From contig NZ_CP036280.1 of NCBI RefSeq assembly GCF_007748075.1, positions 2,700,001 through 2,732,000 on the forward strand: a DNA stretch of 32,000 bases, read 5' to 3'. Shown here piece after piece: positions 9,376 to 16,844 of this stretch (position 1 is its first letter; every line of letters begins with the position of its first letter). The position numbers and the translations under genes are program-made. The notes under the pieces are model-generated. The model did not search any database, was not told where the DNA came from, and was given only the letters and a program-made list of their open reading frames with translations. Origin of the DNA: Mucisphaera calidilacus (GTDB lineage: Bacteria; Planctomycetota; Phycisphaerae; Phycisphaerales; Phycisphaeraceae).

Positions 9376-9822
9376 ATGGAACCCAACCACCACGACTGGC
9401 TGCAAAACGCCATCGCCGAAGCCGAGAAGGGCCGAGACGAGGGCGGCATCCCCATCGGATCCGTCCTCATCAACCCCCAGGGCCACGTCGTCGCCCGCGG
9501 ACACAACCTCCGCGTCCAGACCGACGACCCCACCGCCCACGCCGAGGTCGTCTGCATCCGTAACGCCGGAAGACGACGCGACTGGCGATCCCTCACCCTC
9601 GTCTCCACACTCAGCCCATGCATCATGTGCTCCGGCACCGCCATGCTCTTCCGCATCCCGCACGTCGTCATCGGCGAAAACACCACCTTCGTCGGCGCCG
9701 AGGAGATCATGCGCTGGCGTGGCGTCCAACTCACCATCCTCCACGATCAACGCTGCATCGACCTCATGCGCACCTTCATCGCCGAAAAACCCGACCTCTG
9801 GAACGAGGACATCGGCGCCTGA
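9376..9822 (+). CDS. Cytosine deaminase of the small CDA-fold (yeast Fcy1-like) type
   Basis: 148 aa. Zinc/catalytic motifs are HAE (TAHAEVVCI) and PCxxC (LSPCIMCSG). From memory, it aligns along its length with yeast Fcy1, including GIPIGSVLIN, ARGHN, IPHVVIGEN and the C-terminal ...KPDLWNEDIGA versus Fcy1 ...RPQDWFEDIGE. AGGAG lies upstream of the ATG. Confidence 0.8.
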   Translation: MEPNHHDWLQNAIAEAEKGRDEGGIPIGSVLINPQGHVVARGHNLRVQTDDPTAHAEVVCIRNAGRRRDWRSLTLVSTLSPCIMCSGTAMLFRIPHVVIGENTTFVGAEEIMRWRGVQLTILHDQRCIDLMRTFIAEKPDLWNEDIGA

Positions 9823-9843
9823 ACCACCGCCCACACCCCAATT

Positions 9844-9879
9844 AAAAAAGACCCCGCGCCGCATCAGCAGCACGGGGTC
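9844..9879 (-). terminator. Intrinsic terminator for the 5'-nucleotidase gene (between convergent genes)
   Basis: On the minus strand, the stem GACCCCG (9873-9879) pairs with CGGGGTC (9850-9856) and is followed by TTTTTT (complement of the A6 run at 9844-9849). The loop is long (16 nt), which lowers confidence. Confidence 0.5.
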
Positions 9880-9921
9880 ACTTCGCTTCTCGGGCTTCTC
9901 CCGGGCCCGTCAGTCAATCAC

Positions 9922-11718
9922 TCAGGCGCCGCGGCGAACCAGCATCGCGCCACCCAGACCCAGCAGCACCAGCGACGCCGGCTCGGGAACCTCCTGGATA
10001 CGCTGGCTCGTGACCGCCGGATCATAAAGATCCGCGGGAACCACACCGCCAAGGTCTTCCTGGATGTACTTGATCACGGCACCGGCGTAACCGTTGATGC
10101 CGTCCATCGTCTCAAGAATCGTCGTGCGGGGCAGGTCGTTCAGCGGGTAACCGTCGCCGTTCTGCGAAGCGCTGAAGCTGTTGGTCACCAAGGCCATCTC
10201 GAAGCTCGGGTCGATCGCCACGCCGTTGTCGACCAGCTGCGTCCCGTCGTTCAGATAGACATCAACCACGCGGCTGTCCGGATCCGCCTCGGGATCGAAG
10301 GTGAACCAGAAACCGCCAACCTGAGCGAAACCACCGCTCGCGTTGGGAACACTGTCCACCGCCTCCTCGAGCAGGAGCAGCAGACGCTCGGCGGTGAACG
10401 ACTCAACAATCACCACCTCGTTGTCGAACGGCAGAATCTCGTTGATCGCCTGATCCGTGATCTGCTGCCCGTAGACAAACTCCGTCGTGCCGAAGTCGTC
10501 GCGGATGCCGCCACCATTCTGGATCGCGATCACCGGAACCGTGATGCCCAGATCGTCAACCTTCTCCGCAGCCAGAGCAAGGTAGGCATCAGTGATCAAC
10601 GCGCCGCCGTTGGTCGCCTCGCCACGAACACGCGGCCGAGCCACCTCGATCGTCACCTCCGTCGTGCCGATGATCTTGGCGTCACCCAGGAAGTCGATGA
10701 CCGGCTGCTGAACACTGTCGATCACGCCCTGATCCGGCTCGATGCCGTCAATCTCCGCAACCCGGATCAGACCCGAGTCCGCCTCGTTGACCGACAACAG
10801 GTTGCCCGCGTCATCAAAATCAACCACCAGCTTGCCGAGGTAGCCGTAGCCGCCAGGTGTCGTCACGATCGGAACGTTGCTCTCGACCAGGGGGTAATCA
10901 CCGAAAATGTCGCCCGGATCCGTCGTCGGCAGCAACGGCGTGCCGGGATCCGCCAACAACTCGTCGCCGCCACCCGCAACAATGACGTCAAGTCCCGTCA
11001 CCGTGTTGGCCAGCATCTGCTCCTCCAGAATGCTCTGAAGGTGGCTGATCAGAATGATCTTGTTCACGCCCATGCCGGTCAGCGTGTTCACCTGAGCCTG
11101 AACAGCGGGCTGAACCGCGTTGATGTTCGTCGCACCCGGGCTGGTGACACTCGCCAGACCCTCGGTCGTCGCGCCAATAATGCCCACCTGCTCGCCGTTC
11201 ACGTTCAGGATCGTGCTCGGAGCAATACGGCCCGCCGTCACCTGAGCCTGAAGCTCGGGAACGTTGGTGAAATCAAGGTTCGAACTCAGGAACGGGTAGC
11301 TGCCCGTCGTGTCATCAATGAAATCCGAAAACACCTGCGTGCCAAAATCAAACTCGTGGTTGCCGATCGCCAACGCGTCATAACCAATACGGTCCAGCAG
11401 GATCGCATCCAGATAAGTCCCGCCGCCGGCGACAATCGCCTGACTCGCGTTGAACGTCGGGCCCGCCAGATAGTTGTCGCCCGACGACAACATGATCGGG
11501 TTCACCGAAGTGGCCTTCTGCTGATCAACCAGCGTCACGAATCTCGCCGCATCCGAAAACTCACCGAAACCGGGATCGTTCAGGTCGGTCGTCGGCAGAA
11601 CACTCGACTCGCCGTCGTTGTTGTGAAGAATCGTCAGCGTGAAATCCGCCGAGGCGGGGGCAGCCAGACCGGCCATCAGACCGAGACCGGCAAGGGCAGT
11701 ACGAGTATCAAGACGCAT
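9922..11718 (-). CDS. Secreted 5'-nucleotidase/metallophosphoesterase (UshA-like) with C-terminal PEP-CTERM sorting signal
   Basis: 598 aa. It has a signal peptide (MRLDTRTALAGLGLMAGLAAPASA) and metallophosphatase motifs ILHNNDGES, GDNY and GNHEFD, plus a 5'-nucleotidase C-terminal half. The final 25 aa, VPEPASLVLLGLGGAMLVRRGA, match PEP-CTERM (PEP, TM helix, basic tail). AGGAGGAG precedes the ATG. Confidence 0.9.
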   Translation of the reverse strand: MRLDTRTALAGLGLMAGLAAPASADFTLTILHNNDGESSVLPTTDLNDPGFGEFSDAARFVTLVDQQKATSVNPIMLSSGDNYLAGPTFNASQAIVAGGGTYLDAILLDRIGYDALAIGNHEFDFGTQVFSDFIDDTTGSYPFLSSNLDFTNVPELQAQVTAGRIAPSTILNVNGEQVGIIGATTEGLASVTSPGATNINAVQPAVQAQVNTLTGMGVNKIILISHLQSILEEQMLANTVTGLDVIVAGGGDELLADPGTPLLPTTDPGDIFGDYPLVESNVPIVTTPGGYGYLGKLVVDFDDAGNLLSVNEADSGLIRVAEIDGIEPDQGVIDSVQQPVIDFLGDAKIIGTTEVTIEVARPRVRGEATNGGALITDAYLALAAEKVDDLGITVPVIAIQNGGGIRDDFGTTEFVYGQQITDQAINEILPFDNEVVIVESFTAERLLLLLEEAVDSVPNASGGFAQVGGFWFTFDPEADPDSRVVDVYLNDGTQLVDNGVAIDPSFEMALVTNSFSASQNGDGYPLNDLPRTTILETMDGINGYAGAVIKYIQEDLGGVVPADLYDPAVTSQRIQEVPEPASLVLLGLGGAMLVRRGA

Positions 11719-11790
11719 AGCAAACTCCTCCTGTATTAAGGGTCATTCAGTTGTCCGGCTTCCTGACCGGGTCGCGAATCATGCCCGTTC

Positions 11791-11888
11791 TGCGCTAATT
11801 TCCGGCGAGGAGAATGTTGAGATTGCGCAAGCTGAGGGGTCTGCGCGAGTTAGGCAATTTATTGCGCAATCTATTAGACACTAAGCGC
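11791..11888. promoter_or_regulatory. Phased array of TGCGC-core motifs including the perfect palindrome ATTGCGCAAT, in an AT-rich divergent intergenic region
   Basis: TGCGC cores lie at 11791, 11824, 11842 and 11863, with AGCGC at 11884. The last three are exactly 21 nt apart. ATTGCGCAA is at 11822-11830 and ATTGCGCAAT at 11861-11870. They sit in the 343-bp AT-rich gap between divergent genes. This is a candidate operator array; the binding protein is unknown. Confidence 0.35.
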
Positions 11889-12061
11889 ACACATGGCCCA
11901 ACTGATTGTTTGCCATAATTTACTCTTGAATCAGATTTTTCTGACTTATTAGCCAATATCTAATCATTACCCGTTGACCACGACCCCTCCATCAATCAAC
12001 ATTGAGATACTCTGCTCGCGCAGATTACCCACCTTCACAAACTCCCCGACGAGACAGAATC

Positions 12062-12994
12062 ATGGCACGACGCACGGGTTTCACCCTCATCGAACTCCTC
12101 GTGGTCATCAGCATCATCGCCCTGCTCATCGGCATCCTCCTCCCAGCCCTCGGCAGCGCACGCGCACTCACCCTCGACATGATCTGCACCAGCAACACGC
12201 GCAGCCTCATGCAGGCCTACGCCGCCTACACCACCGACAACGACGAAACACTCCCCCTCTACGGCCTCAACGTCGGCGGTCTCAATACCAACAGCAACCC
12301 CAACGCCGGACGCGTCACCAACCCCAGCGCCACGGGCTTCGAGTACGGCATCTTCCCCGGACAATGGGACCGAACCGACAGCAACGACGTCCTCGCCATG
12401 GAGAACAGCTGCCTCGCTCCCTACATCGGCGACCTCCAGTCCATGATCTGCCCCCTCTACGAAAAACTCGTCGACGGCGGATTCAACCCCGGCGAAACCG
12501 TCAGCACCGCCGCCCGCGAGGGTATGGCCTCCGACGAAATCCGCTTCACCTACAGCATCAACAACAACATGGACCGCCGTCTCTCCTACGAGGGCTTCTC
12601 ACGCGTCTCCCACGTCCGCGATCAGTCCGGCATGGCCGTCTTCCTCGAAGAAAACCCCTTCAAACACGAACGCTTCGGCTCCAACTGGAACATCGACGAC
12701 GGCCTCTTCAACATCGTCGGCGGCTCACTCAACTGGCCCAACCTCGCCAACACACTCGCCACCTTCCACGGCAACAAGAACCCCGGCCGATACGCCGACT
12801 CGCCCTACCCCGTCCAGGGCGACGCCTACCACGGCGACTACAACCATGGCGTCGGAACCGTCGGCTTCCTCGACGGCCACGCCGCCACCGAAGAATCCGA
12901 CAACACCCTCGAAATCTGCGTCGACGGCGAACCCCCCGCCAAAAGCGGTTCCGGGGGCTCCGGCGGCGGTGGCACCGGCCGCCCGCGCGGCTGA
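12062..12994 (+). CDS. Prepilin-type N-terminal cleavage/methylation domain protein (DUF1559-like pseudopilin paralogue)
   Basis: The start is set at ATG 12062 (MARRTGFTLIELLVVISIIALLIGILLPAL), giving the classic G/FTLIE prepilin signal. The C-terminal HGVGTVGFLDGH resembles the H-X9-DG processing-associated motif (H-X8-DG by my count). It ends in a Gly-rich tail, GSGGSGGGGTGRPRG. Confidence 0.85.
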   Translation: MARRTGFTLIELLVVISIIALLIGILLPALGSARALTLDMICTSNTRSLMQAYAAYTTDNDETLPLYGLNVGGLNTNSNPNAGRVTNPSATGFEYGIFPGQWDRTDSNDVLAMENSCLAPYIGDLQSMICPLYEKLVDGGFNPGETVSTAAREGMASDEIRFTYSINNNMDRRLSYEGFSRVSHVRDQSGMAVFLEENPFKHERFGSNWNIDDGLFNIVGGSLNWPNLANTLATFHGNKNPGRYADSPYPVQGDAYHGDYNHGVGTVGFLDGHAATEESDNTLEICVDGEPPAKSGSGGSGGGGTGRPRG

Positions 12995-14176
12995 TCAGCC
13001 GCCCAGCGTCGCGTCGAACGTCCGAACCGCCACGCCCGGCTCCGGGTTGAAGCTGTCCGACAACGCCGCCAACTCCGTCTCGATCGCGCCCAACGCCACC
13101 CGCGTGTCCTCCGCATCCACATAACCCATGTGCGAGATGCGGAAAATCCGACCCTTCCACTTGTCTCCGCGACCATCCTGCCCCCCCGCGATGTGCACGC
13201 CATGACCGTCACGCACCGCGGCACGCAGCTCGCTGTCCGACACACCCTCGGGGTAATAAGCACCGCTCACCGAGTCCGACGGGCTGTGGCTCACCAGATC
13301 CAGACCCAGCGCCTTGAACGCGGCACGACTCGCCTCCGCCAGCCCCCGCGTCCGCTTGTGAACCGCCTCCAGGCCGTCACTCAGAATCATCGCGCACGCC
13401 ACCTTCTGCGCCCGGATCAGCGAGACCGGAGGCGTAAAAGGCACATCGTTCTTCGCGTGCGACTTCACCCACTTACGCAGGTCGAGGTTGTAGTAAGGCC
13501 CCGGCTGGACCTCCTCCAGACGACGCAGCGCTCGCTCGCCCAGACCCACAAAGCCCAGGCCCGGCGGCAGCATCATCGCCTTCTGCGATCCCGTCACCAG
13601 AACATCAATCCCCCACGCATCCTGCTCAACAGGCATCGCGCCCACCGACGTGATCCCGTCCACGATCAGCAACGCATCCGTCTTCTGAACCAGCTCCGCG
13701 ATACGCCTCACGTCCGAACACGTCGCCGTCGACGTCTCGCTGTGCACCACCGTCACCACCGAAATCTCCGGATGCTCCTTCAACGCCTGCTCAATCTGGT
13801 CCACGTCCGCCGCGTGACCCCAGGGCGTGTTGATCCGTACCTGCTCGATCCCCAGCGACGGTGCATAAGCGTCATAAATGTCCTGCCAACGCTCGCCGAA
13901 CTTGCCCCCCGCGATCGTCAACGCCTTGCTCCCCGGACGGATCAGCGACACCTGCGCCGCCTCGTACGCCGTCGTCCCCGAACCCGCGATCGACAACACC
14001 GGCCCGCTCGTCACGAACAGCCGCTGCAGCAGCTCCGACAACTCCGCGAAGATCGCCTGAAACGCCTTCGTGCGGTGATGAATGATCGGCTTGGCCATCT
14101 CCTCCAGCACCTGAGGAGGAACAGCGGTCGGGCCGGGCGTCAGGAGACGTTGCTTGAATGCGACATCAGTGGTCAT
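12995..14176 (-). CDS. Class V pyridoxal-phosphate aminotransferase (serine-pyruvate/alanine-glyoxylate type)
   Basis: 393 aa. The N-terminal block LLTPGPTAVPPQVLEEM...HHR fits the family. The PLP-lysine context is TGSQKAMMLPPGLGF. Overall length and layout match AGXT-family enzymes. Confidence 0.85.
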   Translation of the reverse strand: MTTDVAFKQRLLTPGPTAVPPQVLEEMAKPIIHHRTKAFQAIFAELSELLQRLFVTSGPVLSIAGSGTTAYEAAQVSLIRPGSKALTIAGGKFGERWQDIYDAYAPSLGIEQVRINTPWGHAADVDQIEQALKEHPEISVVTVVHSETSTATCSDVRRIAELVQKTDALLIVDGITSVGAMPVEQDAWGIDVLVTGSQKAMMLPPGLGFVGLGERALRRLEEVQPGPYYNLDLRKWVKSHAKNDVPFTPPVSLIRAQKVACAMILSDGLEAVHKRTRGLAEASRAAFKALGLDLVSHSPSDSVSGAYYPEGVSDSELRAAVRDGHGVHIAGGQDGRGDKWKGRIFRISHMGYVDAEDTRVALGAIETELAALSDSFNPEPGVAVRTFDATLGG

Positions 14177-14255
14177 GGCAGGCTCACTCGGGAAAAGGGC
14201 TGGGCGTGCGGATCACCACACCCGGCGGGATCGCCCCGCCTGTCCGCACCATCCC

Positions 14256-14285
14256 ATTATATCAGGATGAACACGGCTCTCCCAA
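14256..14285 (-). promoter_or_regulatory. Sigma70-like promoter with extended -10 for the aminotransferase gene
   Basis: On the minus strand: TTGGGA (14280-14285), an 18-nt spacer, then TGATATAAT (TATAAT = 14256-14261 with an upstream TG). The site lies between the LOG stop (14293) and the aminotransferase start (14176). It is judged against the E. coli consensus; the applicability of that consensus to this phylum is assumed. Confidence 0.4.
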
Positions 14286-14292
14286 GAACCGA

Positions 14293-14862
14293 CTAACCCG
14301 CCACCTGACCCGCGATCGCACGCAACTCCTCCACCACCCCGTCCACCGTCTCCACCACCGTCAGGTTCGCCATCGCCTTGGGACGGGCAAACCGCGTCTC
14401 CAGCAGATGATCAAAAAACGACAGCAGCGGCGCGTAAAATCCATCCTGATTCAACAACAGCACCGGCTTGTCGTGATAACCCAGGTAACGCAGCACCAGG
14501 ATCTCCGACAACTCCTCCAGCGTCCCGATCCCCCCGGGCAGCGTCAGAAACACGTCCGACAGACGTTCCATCTCCGCCTTCCTCGGCCGCATGTGATCCG
14601 TCCAGATCAGCTCGTCCGCCTCCTCATACGCCACCTCCATCACACGCATCGACTCCGGAATCACCCCGATCACGTGCCCCCCACGGTCGTGCACACCCCG
14701 CGCCACCTCGCCCATCAGCCCCACGCCACCCCCGCCATAGATCAGCGTGTGACCCTCCTCCGCCAGACGCTGTCCCAGCAGCCGAGCCTGACCCAGAAAC
14801 GACCCATCCACTTCCTTCGACGAAGCGCAATACACGCAGACACTCAGGGATGACTTGCTCAT
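14293..14862 (-). CDS. LOG-family protein (TIGR00730-type; cytokinin riboside 5'-monophosphate phosphoribohydrolase-like)
   Basis: It carries VCVYCASS, YGGGGVGLMGEVA, GVIP and the diagnostic PGGIGTLEEL motif. The start is taken at ATG 14860-14862 (MSKSSLSV...). The track uses an upstream GTG at 14880. Confidence 0.85.
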   Translation of the reverse strand: MSKSSLSVCVYCASSKEVDGSFLGQARLLGQRLAEEGHTLIYGGGGVGLMGEVARGVHDRGGHVIGVIPESMRVMEVAYEEADELIWTDHMRPRKAEMERLSDVFLTLPGGIGTLEELSEILVLRYLGYHDKPVLLLNQDGFYAPLLSFFDHLLETRFARPKAMANLTVVETVDGVVEELRAIAGQVAG

Positions 14863-14972
14863 CGCGTCACCATACGACACGCAGAATCCGATGCAACCAC
14901 ACCGATTCTCAACACACGGCCCCCCTGCCCGCCCCCGATTTCGCTAAAGTCAGAATCAGGAGTGCAGCAGCC

Positions 14973-16844
14973 TTGTCGTCCACCACAACCCAACTCGCCG
15001 GGACCTCCAACCTCCGGCTCATCCTCCGCCTACTCGGCCTCGCCTGGCGCTACAAGACCGGCTCACTCTGCGTCGTCGGACTCCAGGTCCTGCTCCTCTC
15101 ACTCACCCTCAGCGGCCTCGGCTTCGTCGGACTCGGGCTCGACGTCCTCGGACACGACATAGGCGTCCTCGACCGCGCACCCGCCTGGCCCTTCGGATGG
15201 GAGCCCAGCGAAGACTGGACCACCCTCAGCCTCGCCCTCCTCCTCGCCGGTGCCGTCCTCGCCATCGCGCTCGTCCGATTCGTCCTCGAACACATCGCCA
15301 CCGTCCAGAAATCCATGCTCGTCCAGCGGATCATCGTCGACCTCCGATCCGAGGTCTACGACAAGGTCCAGCGGCTCTCCTTCCGGTTCTTCAGCGACAA
15401 CACCTCAGGGTCCATCATCAACCGCGTCACCGGCGACGTCCAGGCCGTCCGACGCTTCATCGATGGCGTCGTCATCGAGCTGCTCCTGATGGCCCTCACC
15501 CTCGTCTTCTTCCTCGTCTACATGCTCCAGATCCACGCCCTCCTCACCCTCGCCTGCCTCGCCACCACGCCCGCACTCTGGATCCTCACCGGTCTGTTCT
15601 CCAAACGTGTCAAGCCCGCCTACCGCACCAACCGCGAACTCTTCGACCACTCCATCGCCGTCCTCTCCGAGAACATCCAGGGCGTCCACGTCGTCAAAGG
15701 ATTCTGGACCCAGGACCAGGAAATCGAGAAGTACAAGGCCTCCAACACAAAAGTCCTCGACCAGAAAGAATGGATCTTCAAACAGGTCTGCCTCTTCGTC
15801 CCCCTCATCAGCTTCGTCCCCAACCTCAACCTCGTCGTCCTCCTCGGCTTCGGAGGGTACCTCTACGCCTCCGGCGAACTCGCCTTCGGAACCGGACTCA
15901 TCGTCTTCTCACGACTCCTCGAACAATTCTCCGCGCAGGTCGGCAACATCGCCCAGGTCGCCAACGCCATGCAGCAAAGCCTCACCGGAGCCCAACGCGT
16001 CTTCGAGGTCATCGACGAACCCGTCGAGATCAACGAGCCCGCCAACGCCCTGTCCCTCCAACGACCCCAGGGACGCGTCGTCTTCGAGAACGTCGGATTC
16101 GCCTACAACCCCGACACGCCCGACGTCCTCAACGACATCAGCCTCACCGCCGAACCCGGCAAGGCCATCGCCGTCGTCGGAGCCACCGGCGCCGGCAAGT
16201 CCACCCTCCTCAGCCTCATACCACGCTTCTACGACCCCACCCGCGGACGCGTCACCCTCGACGGTCACGACCTCCGCCAACTCGACCTCGACGACCTCCG
16301 GCGATCCATCGGCGTCGTCTTCCAGGAAAGCTTCCTCTTCAGCACCACCATCGCCGAGAACATCGCCTTCGGACACCCCGAGGCCACCCAGCAGCAGATC
16401 ACCCGCGCCGCCGAGATCGCCCAGGCACACCACTTCATCAACCAACTCGAAGACGGCTACAACATGATCCTCGCCGAGGGGGGCGGCAACCTCTCCGGCG
16501 GACAACGACAACGACTCGCCATCGCACGCGCCCTCCTCCTCGACCCCGCCATCCTCATCCTCGACGACCCCACCTCCGCCATCGACCCCGAAACCGAACA
16601 CGAAATCCTCGACGCCATGCACCACGCCATGGACGGACGCACCACCTTCATCGTCGCCCACCGGCTCAGCACCCTCAAACGTGCCGACCTCGTCGTCGTC
16701 CTCGAACGAGGCACCATCGTCCAGTGCGGCACCCACGAACAACTCATGGCCGAAGACGGGCACTACTACGAGGCCGCCAACCTCCAGCTCGTCGACGACG
16801 AGTCTAGACACCTCCTCGCCCTCCACGAGGAGAACACGCCATGA
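14973..16844 (+). CDS. ABC exporter, fused permease/ATPase subunit A of a heterodimer (degenerate catalytic site)
   Basis: Six-helix type I exporter TMD plus NBD. Walker A is GATGAGKST, the signature is LSGGQRQRLAIARAL, Walker B is ILILDDPTS (Asp where the catalytic Glu is expected) and the H-loop is VAHRLS. There is no in-frame ATG near the true N-terminus. I propose TTG 14973 (..SSTTTQLAGTSNLRLILRLLGLAWRYK) with AGGAG 10 nt upstream. The track ORF begins at 14850. Confidence 0.85.
   Translation: MSSTTTQLAGTSNLRLILRLLGLAWRYKTGSLCVVGLQVLLLSLTLSGLGFVGLGLDVLGHDIGVLDRAPAWPFGWEPSEDWTTLSLALLLAGAVLAIALVRFVLEHIATVQKSMLVQRIIVDLRSEVYDKVQRLSFRFFSDNTSGSIINRVTGDVQAVRRFIDGVVIELLLMALTLVFFLVYMLQIHALLTLACLATTPALWILTGLFSKRVKPAYRTNRELFDHSIAVLSENIQGVHVVKGFWTQDQEIEKYKASNTKVLDQKEWIFKQVCLFVPLISFVPNLNLVVLLGFGGYLYASGELAFGTGLIVFSRLLEQFSAQVGNIAQVANAMQQSLTGAQRVFEVIDEPVEINEPANALSLQRPQGRVVFENVGFAYNPDTPDVLNDISLTAEPGKAIAVVGATGAGKSTLLSLIPRFYDPTRGRVTLDGHDLRQLDLDDLRRSIGVVFQESFLFSTTIAENIAFGHPEATQQQITRAAEIAQAHHFINQLEDGYNMILAEGGGNLSGGQRQRLAIARALLLDPAILILDDPTSAIDPETEHEILDAMHHAMDGRTTFIVAHRLSTLKRADLVVVLERGTIVQCGTHEQLMAEDGHYYEAANLQLVDDESRHLLALHEENTP

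Noticed and set aside
8414-10027. 537-aa plus-strand ORF
   Set aside because: It is a phantom frame spanning the hydrolase (antisense), the deaminase (wrong frame) and an intergenic terminator.
11974-13050. 358-aa plus-strand ORF, and 13130..14296 (388 aa)
   Set aside because: Both are Arg/Pro/His-rich. One is out of frame with the recognisable prepilin-like gene and the other is antisense to the aminotransferase.
15197-16807. 536-aa ORF, and the N-terminal two-thirds of 16681..19545
   Set aside because: These are Arg/Pro/His-rich alternative frames of the two ABC exporter genes. Only the last 278 codons of 16681..19545 (panB) are real.
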